This document shows, in pieces, positions 25,390-37,397 of a stretch of 64,000 bases of DNA (its first letter is position 1; every line of letters starts with the position of its first letter). Both the position numbers and the translations under genes were made by a program. The DNA is from Octopus sinensis. Taxonomy: Eukaryota. The notes below the pieces were generated by a model. It worked only from the letters and a program-made list of their open reading frames with translations, was not told the DNA's origin and searched no databases. The stretch is taken from contig NC_043001.1 in the NCBI RefSeq assembly GCF_006345805.1, positions 72,354,001 to 72,418,000 of the forward strand, in the 5' to 3' direction.

Positions 25390-25688
25390 CTTGCACTCTC
25401 CTGTCTTTGAAAGAAATTTTTCTTCTCCCATTCCCTTCCGGCCAATTCAATATGTGGCAATGTGTGTATCATTGGCGATTTTCTTTCTCCATCTTCCCTT
25501 CCTTGTACTTTTTCTATATTTCTGATGAAGAGCTCCGCTCGAAACGTTAAATCCTCCTTCTTTCTTTCCATTCCTGAGCGTCCAATAACACTATATTTGT
25601 TCCATGTCCTCGTGTTGTTGTGTTTTCTCTTTGTGTTGTGTTTTCTCTTTGTGTTGTGTTTTCTCTTTGTTCATGTTTGGATTAACTA
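25390..25688 (+). mobile_element. Penelope-type pLTR fragment carrying a minimal type I hammerhead
   Basis: Hammerhead motif at 25518-25552; a 3' fragment of the same family lies at about 5748-5835 (-). Confidence 0.6.
25518..25552 (+). ncRNA. Minimal type I hammerhead ribozyme motif
   Basis: ATTT-CTGATGA-A-GAGC TCC GCTC-GAAAC-GTT-AAAT. Confidence 0.6.
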
Positions 25689-26622
25689 TATATATATGTA
25701 CCAGAGTAAGCATACAAATATGAAACAAGGTGGGAAAAAATATTACTTGAAGTATCATGCTTTATTATTAAAGTGGCAAAAACATTACAAAAATATCACA
25801 AAAAACTGCTACTTTGTGATATTTTTGTGATGTTTTTGCAGCTTTAATAGTAAAGTGTATTTCACGTTATTTATTTATGTAAAGGTTTATTATATATATA
25901 TATATATAATTATATATATATATATGTAAAATAACTAAACTTGTACGTTATAAGATTGTGTTCATCACAAGTTATTAAATATAGAAATATACTATTTTAT
26001 TAAATTTATTCTTACCATTAAAGACGAAGCCTCTTCTCTGTGTGTGTGTATGTGTGTGTGTGAGTGTGTGCGCGCGAGTGCATATGTGTTGTTGTTGAAC
26101 GGGATGGTTGGTTTTATTCGATGTTGTCTTGATTTAGCAGCTTTCGATGTTGCCTCCCTTTAACAGCTGAAAACAGAACTGAATTCAGGGGAGATAATTC
26201 CTTAGTTGTGTAATATTTGTTTCTAATATAGGCACAAGCCCTGAAAGTTTGGGAGGTGAAGCAGTCGATTATATCGATCTAAGGGCTTGATTAGCTTTTA
26301 TTTTATCGACTCCAAAAGATGAAAGGCAAAATTAACCACGGCATAATATGATTTCAGACCGTAAAGAGCCAAAAGAAATGCTGCTAAGCATTTTGTACGA
26401 TGTGGTTAATGATTCTGCCAGCTCGCCGCCATCATGGAATCGTTAACTTATAGACCGGCATTATGTAAATTGTTAAAATAAAATCAAAAAGTATAATAAT
26501 AAAAGAATTCTTGATTTAAAAACAAAAAAAAAAAACCTTCGTTATTTGAGTCGTTACTGTTTTTTAAAAAGAAATATTGATCCCCATGGGTCAATATTGA
26601 TCACTTTGCGGACCTGTTCATA

Positions 26623-27037
26623 CGGATCTTTTCGGTTTGAACGGCAGTTTTTTCTTGTGGTGTCATATGAAATTGTCACTCATAATTATGACCCTAGTAT
26701 CGATCTATTGCATTTCAATCTGTTTTATGGTTAGGGTTAGGGGGGGAGGTTATCTTTTTTTCTTCAGAAATGTAAATAAACCCAATCTGTTCCTTAAACG
26801 AGGGACATATTCATACGGCACATAATGTTTTCACCTCAATAGACGTCATTGATTGGTTGAAATTGCAGAAATTGAAGAAAAAACAACAACAAATATCTTA
26901 CAAATTATAGAATCTTCTCAATAAAGCCAAGAGAAAAAGATGTTTTATAAACACATTCTACCAGTATACGAAGTTTAAAAGTATTTAGTTACGTGGAAAT
27001 TATTTAAAAAAACTACCGTTCAAACCGAAAAGACCCG
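26623..27037. mobile_element. 415-bp MITE, TIR CGGATCTTTTCGGTTTGAACGGCAG, 6-bp TSD TTCATA
   Basis: TIRs and identical 6-bp flanks (26617-26622, 27038-27043); internal TTAGGG repeats. Confidence 0.85.
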
Positions 27038-27057
27038 TTCATACTTTCAAGTGGTTA

Positions 27058-27260
<203 letters not shown>

Positions 27261-27622
27261 AGTATATTAACTGAAGGAACGTGTATAGACACATCAACGG
27301 ATAGAAGTTAGAAAGATGGATAGTTAAAATAAAGTGAAATGACGTTAGTTAAGAATTAGCTTTGGATTTAGAAAACTCTTTTATGTGTTCCAGCCCAAAG
27401 GTTGTGGCCATACTAAGCACCGCCATTATTCAGTTTTTAGAAAAAAAAATTATTAGGTTTAAGTGCTTATCCGTATCGTCAGAGTAGGCAGATACCTCAA
27501 CAGAAAGTTAAGTATATATATATATATATATATATACATATGCCCCAGCAAAATGGCAGTGCCCCAGCATGGCTACAGCTCGTGAACTGAAACTAGATAA
27601 AATAAAAAATAAAATACACGAT

Positions 27623-27654
<32 letters not shown>

Positions 27655-27872
27655 TTCTTTATTGCCCACAAGGAGCTAAACACATAGGGGGACAAACAAG
27701 GACAGACAAAGGGATTAAGTCAATTACATCGACCCCAGGGCGAAACTGGTACTTTATTTAATCGACCCCGAAAGGATGAAAGGCAAAGTCGACCTCGGTG
27801 GAATTTGAACTCAGAACGTAACGACAGACGAAATACTGCTAAGCATTTCGCCCGGCACGCTAACGTTTCTGA
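27655..27872 (-). mobile_element. tRNA-derived SINE (family A)
   Basis: GAGTTCAAATTCC B-box-like head + GTCGACTTTGCCTTTCATCCTTTCGGGGTCGAT core; related copies at about 4770-4935, 8700-8900, 26230-26430, 41335-41562, 46380-46710, 48975-49150, 51760-51912 and 58270-58680. Confidence 0.75.
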
Positions 27873-27946
27873 TGGGTGAGAGAGTTGGCATGTGAAAGCG
27901 AGTGGTTGGATGTATAAAAGAAAAATAGATTGAAAAAACTACAGAT

Positions 27947-28203
27947 GACTTGTGTTATATGGTTAAAGAATATATTTAAATCGTCATGTTAGAAAAAATG
28001 TTGTAAAATTTTGTGTCTAGTGACATTGGAGAAATAACCGGTTTCGTATTTTCTTTTCAAATTTCTCAAATTTCTTTACCGATATTGTGTCATCTCCTCG
28101 CTATGGCGTGAAGAAATGACAACAATGTCACTACACACAAAATTTTCTAACATTTTCCTAATATGACGATTTAAATATACTCTTTAACTATATAACACAA
28201 GTC
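27947..28203. mobile_element. MITE with ~80-bp TIRs
   Basis: GACTTGTGTTATAT.GTTAAAGA.TATATTTAAATCGTCAT... mirrored at the right end. Confidence 0.7.
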
Positions 28204-28254
28204 TTCTCAGAGTAACAGGTTTTGTTGAATTTTCTGCTGCTTTAATTAAAGTAT

Positions 28255-28311
<57 letters not shown>

Positions 28312-29109
28312 TATATGTATATATGTATGTATATATTTGTAGACATCACTAAAGTGACAGAAAGTACTAAGTAGTACCAGTATTGTAAGAAATAAGAGTC
28401 AAAACAATTCAATTGCCACAGATAGCACTAGCTTAATGACTGACAAGGGAGCTAAGCTCTCTATAATATGTCACCGGTGATCTGGCTAAATCACCGGTGA
28501 TTTCGAATTTTGAATCTATGGCATCTTTATTATCGGTGGGTCTTACCGCATCTAGGGTTGAACTCACCTCATCTTGTCAGTTTATAAGATATCCATTGAA
28601 CTCATACGCTGATTTCAGAAACGATAAAAATGAAAACTACAAATAGTATGGGTGGCTTATTTGCAATTTAACAGCCTAAAGGCAAAATTATTGACGTCTC
28701 TAAAGTGACAGAGGATACTTTAGTGACGCCTATAATTTTGCCTTTTGCAAGCTTTCATCCAATACCCGAGCGTTGCTGATTTGCAAGTTTATGTCGAATA
28801 CTCACTGTCACGTGTAAGACGGATCCAGCTATCAGCTGACTCCATTGTGAAGACCGTCCTGTTGTCTTCCTTTGCCCGGATTGAAGGAGGGCGATTCGGA
28901 GAGGGCACTTACCCCAGTGATTAGGGCGATCGTGGTTTTGTGGGGTTCCACGAATAGCTCTGAGAAGTCTCTCGCTTTTGGGGAATTTTTCGCAGTTAAA
29001 ATTTATTTTATCGTTGTCATTGTTTACACGCTTCTATTTATGTGGCCTCATATTCCATTGTTCTGTACCATCCCCAATGTTTTATGGACCCTTAGTGGTT
29101 AATAAAGAA

Positions 29110-30460
29110 ACCATCATTATTATCATTTCTCTTTATCACAGGTTTTGTTGGAGTTCCTGGAGTCTTACATGCGTAGCAGGCTTGCTAACTGCAGTCTACG
29201 GTACCACGCTATCCGTTCCATTCAGCTATCTAATACTTTCCTAATTATTCTGGCCGTGCGAAGCAGGCAAAGCTTTTGTAACAGTTCCACTGGGCACTCT
29301 AATTCAATTTCCTTTATACTTCCCTTGATGCCTTCTGATACTGTTCCCAAGGATCCAACAATAATTGGCACTATCTTCACCTTCTTCGTTTTGCATAGCC
29401 GGGCTATTTCATCCTTAAGAGGGTTGTATTTATCTATCTTTTCACCTTCCTTCTTGACTATTCGTGGGTCAAAGGGGTATGTAACATAAACTATAGAGCA
29501 TATGTGGTGTACCTTGTCCACCACCACCACTAGATCCGTTATATTATGCTATAGCACTTGATCTGTTTGGATTGGGAAATCTCAGTGGATTTTGCTAGTC
29601 TCCGACACCGCCATTCTCAGTATTTTGTGCTCATACCACGTCTTGCCTCTCCCTAGCCCCCCCCTTACTTTTCGCACAGTTTCCAATGTAGCCCTTTCGC
29701 TACCTGATCGTGTCGCAACAACTTGTAAAGGTTTTGGGCAAGTCTAGGGTATTCGTTCGTGGTATGGTCAATAGTTTCATCCACTCCATTGCAGATGGGG
29801 CACAGTAGAAACACCTGCTCATTCCTGAGGTCGACTCTCCAGTTCGTGGCCAAAGCTTGGTCTTGCGCTGTTAGTATAGTGCTCTCGGTCTCTTTTTTTA
29901 GCGTTCCTTTCTTTAGTCAGTCCCGCCTAATTTTTCCAGCAACTTCTGTTGTTGCTACATTGTTGCGTAATTTTTCTTCATGTCATCTTTGTACTTTTTC
30001 CTTTGATTTTCCTTTTTCTCTGCTTTCAGTACTCCCTCGTTCCTAACTGTTAGTAGCAATGTTTCCTTGCTTTGGGCTAGGTATCTCATTAAGCTCTCGA
30101 GTTCGATACATATGCAGTTCTCGACACTTATCAGTTCCCTTCCTCCATTTACTCTCTTCATGTATAGGCGATCAGTGTCTGAACGTGGCCCATGCATCGT
30201 TACGAGCTTTCTTGATTTCTTGTCCATCTCCTTTAGTTCCTCCTCTGTCCACTTCAGGATTCCAGTGCCATTCTGGACTACTGCAACTGCGCGCGAGTTT
30301 ATTGCCGAAATTATGTTTCTGGCATTCAGCTTTGAAGCCATTATTTTAACATTTTTCGCACTCACAGCAGGTACACTCTTTTTGTCTTTTCCTTCTTGTC
30401 GTTGTGTGTGAATCTATTTGCCTCAAGTATTCCCAGATATTTATAGCTGGACCGAGGTTG
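29110..30460 (-). mobile_element. Degraded R4/Dong-clade non-LTR retrotransposon 3' part (RT thumb, CCHC finger, RLE endonuclease)
   Basis: CPICNGVDETIDH..RHDQV..HWKLC; DLVVVDK..KYNPLKDEIARL..VPIIVGSLG; frameshifts; flanked by TAT/TAA tracts. Confidence 0.85.
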
Positions 30461-30484
30461 AATTGCCATATTATTATTATTATT

Positions 30485-31042
30485 GAGTGAGAGAGCAGTT
30501 CATGCCATCAAAGTGACACTGGAGTAAAATATACGAAGCCCAATATACCCATCATGACTAACCGTCTGATAAGGGTACACCAGGCACATGCATCACAACC
30601 ATATGTGCGCGACATGGTGATCTCATATCAAGATAAACAGCACATGACCTTGTAGGTGGGGCCCAGTTAGAATTTTCTTCGGGTTGAGTAGTCCATCCCG
30701 CTTAAAAAGTCCCTGAATAAGGGTTGTTTAAGTATGTTGAAAGAACCACCCATGTTTCCAGAGGTGAATTATTCAAACCCCAAAGAATCCCTCTCAACAC
30801 ATGGCTATGATGCTCCCCCACTACTTCTGCTCGTGATCAGAGATGCACATATCGTCAGCCACTAAGGGACATGCTCAACTGGTTAAGGTCAAACAACTGA
30901 CAAGCAAATCTGTGGTATTGAGCAGAATATTTGCTGTAGCCCATCTTTTATACCAAGACAAAACAATGTACATGATAACTCTTCCAATCAGTTAAGATCA
31001 GAAGCCATGAGAGCCACTGCTTGGTACTGCATCAGGGCATTT
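30485..31042 (-). mobile_element. ~557-bp non-coding TAA-flanked element (element X), full length
   Basis: Near-identical copy at 52740-53200 and fragment at 45793-45955. Confidence 0.75.
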
Positions 31043-31149
31043 ATTATTATTATTATTATTTTTATTATTATTATTATTGTTGTTGTTGTTGTTGTTGTTG
31101 TTATTATTGTTGTTGTTGTTGTTGTTATTATTATTACTATTATTATTAT

Positions 31150-32500
31150 ATGAAAGCTCACAGATTATTTTGCTGGGTATGATAGAAAGTGTCAGCTGTC
31201 CACAGCCAGCAGACTAAAGTGACGGTTGTTAACTGGTCATGCTTCAAGAGCGCTGTGAAGAATTCGTACAGCTCCAAGCAATGTTGACTTTTGTAGGTGT
31301 TCTACCTTCACACTTGCACTGATCTTTTTCAGCTATGTTGGTAGCTGAGTGCTGATACTTCCAAGTGCACCAATTACTACTGGAATCACGTCTACACTCA
31401 TCATTGAACACAACCTTCGTATTTTCCACTCCAATCGTCGTAGTTATTCATTTTTGCCTCTTCTTTCACATCGATCCTGTTGTCACCGGAGCATGCTATG
31501 TCAATTATCATACAAGTCCCGTCTTTTTTATTCAACACAACAATGTTCCATTTTCGATTTCTGGTCATTGCACTGGATCATTGCATCCCACAGGATTTTG
31601 CAATTCTCATTTTCGGTGATTCCTTCTGGAGTTTTGCTCATACATTATTATTTCCTTTTAATCTGTATGTTTGTTACAGTCACTTGCCGAGAGACACCCA
31701 GCGTCCTGGGGCGAGTGAAGGACAAGAGATGTTACATTATGACTGAAAGCTTGGGGAGGAGAAGTAGCGAAATATCTTCATGTAATACAACACAGACATT
31801 TAAATGGATAAGGGTTTTCTAAGGATGTGGGCAGTACTTGTCAGCACAATCTTTTGGATTTCTCTGAGACATGGTTCTTCTGGGATGTTACCTAGATGTT
31901 TCTGACAACTCTTTTTTTTTTTATCATACCAAGAGCACCTACAATAACAGGAACAGTTCTCACTTTAAGATGTCACATCTTTTATATTTCAATTTCCAGG
32001 TCCTTATATTTACTTAGTTTGTCAAATTCCTTTATAGATATATTTTTACCAGTGGTAACAGTTATATCTATTCTTTCCTGTCTTTAATAATTATGTCTGG
32101 TTGATTAACCTGGATCGTCCTGTCAGTGTTGACTGGAAAATCCCAGAGGATAGTGACATTTTTACCTTCAACGTCTATCTCAGGATGATGTTCATACTAG
32201 TAAGCAGGAGTGCTGATTTTGTGGTATTTACATATTTTCCAATGTAAATACTGTCCTACACTATCGTGGCGATTTTTCTATTCGTTTGGTGTCAGCACAA
32301 GACATCCCGTGACGAGATGGTCTATTGTTTCGTCAAATGTGTGGCAGAATCTGCGTTTAGGGTCAGATCTGTTTTGAAGAACGTTAGCCTGGTAGTTTTT
32401 TCTTTAGTTTTTTTTCTGTATTGGTTATCTAGTTTGCTGGTGGAAATTTATTTCGCTGGGCAATTGCTGTATAGAGTGCGTCTTGTGTTTGTGGGTTGTT
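31150..32500 (-). mobile_element. Several R4/Dong-clade 3' fragments
   Basis: RLE-domain remnants; 3' UTRs matching 52590-52690, 55740-55830 and 56270-56345. Confidence 0.7.
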
Positions 32501-33863
32501 TTGTTTAGGTTGTATTAATTATCATTATTATTATTATTGCTAAATGAAGGGTGATTCGATATAACAAGAAGAACAACGCTATTTAATTAGATACCTTTAC
32601 GTTCGGAGTACAAATTTCGTCGCGTTCAACTTTCTGGAGTAGATTAAATGAAATACCAGTCAGATAGTTGGGTCGATATAAGCGACTATACATCTCCCTC
32701 CATTTTTTTTGCTTTGTGCTTATGATACCCATACACCACACATACACACGTGTGTGTATGAGTGTGTGTGTGTGTGTGTGTGTGTCTGTGTGTGTGTGTG
32801 TGTGTGTGTTGTGTGTGTGTGTGTTTGCGTGTTTATGTGTGCACACGCGTGCGTGTGTGTTTGTGTTGCTATGTATACATAACCGTAACCTTGCAGTATA
32901 GATTAAGTGTTAGTCGTAAATTAAGGACTGGGAGCGATTTGATCGACGAAACCATTCAAGACGGTACACCAACATGGCCTCAGTTTAATACTCGAAGCAG
33001 GTAAAAGAATAAAAAGAATATGTATTATTTCCATGATTGTGGCAATTGAGAAAGGCACCCCTTCACGGGTACCTTTCAGAGGCTCCGTGACTGGTAGGAA
33101 GAAGAGAAGAAATTATCTTCAAATCGAAGACCGGAGTGCTTGCAACAGAGTGGAATCTCCTAAAGGAATCCAAAGACCCGATGGCGGAGGTTTATTGAAA
33201 GACTTTTATCGACATAGGGCTAGAAGAGTAGACATTTGCACATGTTGCTACGTACTGGAATTTAAACCCAAACCAAATGTTTGCAGAGCGACCTTCTTAA
33301 GCACACATTGAAAGACCTCCGCCATTCATGTTGACCATGTGTTGTATAGTATGTAGGAGTCCGGGTAGAATTAACGGCACTGCCGTGCTTGAAATAAAAT
33401 GTGTAAAATAAATCTTCTTTGTGAATGTACACATAAACGCACGCACACACACTACCATCATCATCATCATCATCTTGTTATTCAGCTGTAGAGGAACGAA
33501 GAGGTAGGGGAGAAAAGAAACATATAAGGAAGTTTTATAAGTCATGTTATATCATCTTTATTATCGAAGAGAAATGCCAAGCATTTGTTAGTCATTCTTC
33601 CATAACATGACCAGAGTGGAAGATATCAAAATTTATCTTCTGTCTATATCTTACCACTGCTGTTAGACGACAACCCTAATGACAAACCAGTGAATGTTTC
33701 CTGCCTCAGTTGTCAATTGTAGTACATGCGAAACAAGGGCGAATAACTCTGGTATGTCTGAATAATGGATGTAAGGGAGATAATCTTGTTTGCTACTTTG
33801 TTTTAAATCTGTCCCCTCTCTCATCATACACATGCATATACATACATACATACATACATACAT

Positions 33864-33896
<33 letters not shown>

Positions 33897-34285
33897 TACA
33901 TACATACATACATACATACATACATACATACACATACACACATACATACATACATTCATACATACATACATACGTACATACATACATACATACACACACA
34001 CATACATACATACATACATACATACATACATACATACATACATACATACATACATACATACATGCATGCATGCATAGATAAATACATACATACATACATA
34101 CATACACATACACACACGCGCCAGCGTGACAGTCTTTCATATAAATACTGTTAACCTATTGTATTCGCATGGCATTGACCTACCCGGAGCAATAGTAAAA
34201 AAACGTTTGTCCAATGCCCAACAGTGGGAATGAACCCGGAACCATGTGGGTGCAAAGTTACCACACATCCATGTGTGGTGTGTGT

Positions 34286-34333
<48 letters not shown>

Positions 34334-34887
34334 CACATATATAATATGTAGTATAATTATAAACAGGGAAAATTTTAACCATTTCTCCGCAGACTGAAAA
34401 AAAATGATGAACAATCTTAATCGATTTTCGAACCTTATTGGGTTCTCATCAGAGGCGTCCACATCATTCTGAAAGTCTCCAGAAAAGCTATCAGCCAAAC
34501 TATTTATATATACTCAACAAATGCAGCAGTTACTCTATGAAGGACTCCCTAATTTGCATACTGAAAGTGTGTAACACTCTATAAATACCAGTGGCCTGTC
34601 AACGGGGATCTTAGTCCACACAGTATCAAGGTATGATATAATAAATACATAACATATGGTATAATTATAAACAGAGCAAATTTTAGCCGTTTCTCAGTAT
34701 ATATATATATATATGTTAACTGCAGGCATGGCTGTGTGGTAAGAAGCTTGCTTCCCAACCGCATGGTTCCGGGTTCCCTCCCACTGCTTGGCACTTTGGG
34801 CAAGTGTCTTCTACTACTTCTGCTATAGCCTCGGCCGACTAAAGCCTTCTCAGTGGATTTGGAAACGGAAACTGAAAGAAGCCCGTC

Positions 34888-34970
<83 letters not shown>

Positions 34971-34975
<5 letters not shown>

Positions 34976-35911
34976 ATAAATATTTTATGTATAAAGAACG
35001 TGAAATACAGGAAGGGACAAACACGGAACACAGACAAATCATTCGAAGCCTTCAATCTTCAGTCAGACACCGAATCATCATCGCAAATTTCGGCTGTTCA
35101 ATTCTGATATTTGCTCCAACTCGGCCAGCCCCAAGAAAAAAAAAAACTAAGCTGTAGGCATTAGATTTCTTGGTAGAAGACAAGAATGTAAACGCACGAG
35201 ACGGATGTAAATACGAGAGACGAAAACGAAATTGAAAACGGTAATGGTTAAACAAAATATATATAACGGTGGTTGTCTTACGACTTTAGACCAAATGAGA
35301 CAAAAACAACAACAACATAGCAGCTGGCGTAGAAATAATTACCTTTTCGGTAGAGGGGACACATGCACATGTTGGCGAGATACGATCGCCAACAAAATGG
35401 TTGAGAAGCAGCAGGTTGCAAGGGAGAGAGAGAAAGAGAGACAGAGAGAGAGGGAATCAAAGAGGGTGGAAGGCAGGGGACAGAATCAGTCAGTGACCAA
35501 GAGAAAAAGAGAAAGAAGGGATTGAGGAGGATGGGAGGAAGAGGGCGGAAGAAACGAGGGCGCCAAAATAGTTTGGTCAAGAAGCAATGGTGGATAGGAA
35601 AGAGAAAGTATATAGAAGTCGTGCAGGGTTTAAAATTGGATAAACAAAGGGGGGGGGGTGCACGTAACGCCGCAATAATATAGGGATAAATATTTTATAT
35701 ATAAAGAACGTGAAATATAGGAAGGGACAAACACGGAACACCGACAAATCATTCGAAGCCTTCAATCTTCAGTCAGACACCAAATCATCATCGCAAATTT
35801 CGGCTGTTCAATTCTGATATTTGCTCCAACTCGGCCAGCCCCAAGAAAAAAAAAACTAAGCTGTAGGCATTAGATTTCTTGGTAGAAGACAAGAATGTAA
35901 ACGCACGAGAC
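34971..35911 (-). mobile_element. Non-coding element with 231-bp terminal direct repeats (~98% identical)
   Basis: 34971-35202 matches 35681-35911; purine/pyrimidine-biased spacer. Confidence 0.75.
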
Positions 35912-35932
35912 ACACACACACACATATATATA

Positions 35933-36930
35933 TTCGATCATTCTTCCGGAAATCTACGCTTCAGCTTAGTATTTCTTGAGGGCTGCCGTGATCTAGTAAT
36001 TCAAGATTAATCAGCGACGAAATTACTACGATGATCCGGTTCTTGACTGAAGAATGAGGGGTTCGAATGTCCTGTCCAGTTTAATTGTATCGTCTTCTAT
36101 TGTCATACGTTCTTGTCCATGTTGTATTTTCTACATACTTAACATATATTCCAGGCGCCCGTACCCCCTTTATCATTAATGTGAACACATATTCTAATAA
36201 TTGGTACGACTCTCTGTTTGTCTCTCTCTCTCTCTCATTTACTTTCTCTCTTTCTCTATATTCATGTTCTCTCTACTACTTTCTATTCATGCTCTTCCTC
36301 TGATACTTTGGTCTAGTCTTCCACTACTCCTATTCTTTGTCTCGCTCTGCACTCACAGGTCATTCTTCGACACCAATCCCTTCTCCTCTCTGATCCTTCT
36401 TTTCTCTCTCTTCTCTCTATTTGTTGGTTTTGTCCCCTTTTCTCTCTCTCCTTTCTTTTTTTCCCCCTCTTCTTGTCACGTGAATGTGGCCGAAATCTGC
36501 CTTTCAGCTCCTGACCCTCGTCGTGTTAACATCGTTGTTCTTCGTCCGCCGCTATAAAGGCTTTTCCAATGCGCCAGAGAAAAAAATTTGTTGCTTGTTA
36601 TCAGTCGTAAGACACTTGTTGTTTTCACCGTTAAGCTTCTGTATTTTCATGTTCTGTATTCCATTATTGTTTTTTGTTTTTTTATATCTGTCCCTTTTGC
36701 TGTCCTGGTGTTGTGCATTCGATCCTTCTTCCAGGAAATCTACGCTTCCAGCTTAGTTTTTCTTGGAGGGCTGCCGTGATCTAGTAAGTTCTCAAGATTA
36801 ATCAGCCGAAATTACTACGATGATCCGGTCTTGACTGAAGACTGAGGGGTTCGAATGTCCTGTCCCATGTTTATTGTATCGTTCTATCTGTTATACGTTC
36901 TTGTCCATGTGATTTTTCTACATACCTTAG
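35933..36930 (+). mobile_element. Diverged relative of the previous element, ~210-bp direct repeats, opposite orientation
   Basis: 35933-36147 resembles 36718-36930; shares GAAATCTA..CAGCTTAG..CAGCCGAAATT..TGACTGAAGA..TTCGAATG with the reverse complement of 34971-35202. Confidence 0.7.
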
Positions 36931-37232
36931 ATTATATATATAATATATCTATATATATTAATATATATATATATATATATATATATAGATATATATATAG
37001 TATGTATATGTATTTGTGTCTATTTCCTCCCCCACCGATGTAGGTCGGTTTACATCCCTATAAAATTAGCGGTTCGGCAAAAAGATCGGTAGAATAAATT
37101 GTAGGCTTATAAAGAATAAGTTCTGGGATCGATTCTTCGACTAAAAACCCATTAAGGTGCTACTCCAGGATAGCCGCACTCAAGTGACTAAAACAAGTAA
37201 AAGAGTAATATATATATGTGTTGTATAGAATA

Positions 37233-37310
<78 letters not shown>

Positions 37311-37397
37311 TAGATATGTTTCGACCCAAAGATTAGTCCAGGCCATGTCTAACTTAATAGCACCATATACATAAATATATATATATATTATATATAT

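Noticed and set aside
35040-35075. CTGACTGAAGA..CTTCGAATG motif in the direct-repeat family as a hammerhead
   Set aside because: I could not form a canonical core with valid stems I and III in any of the four copies
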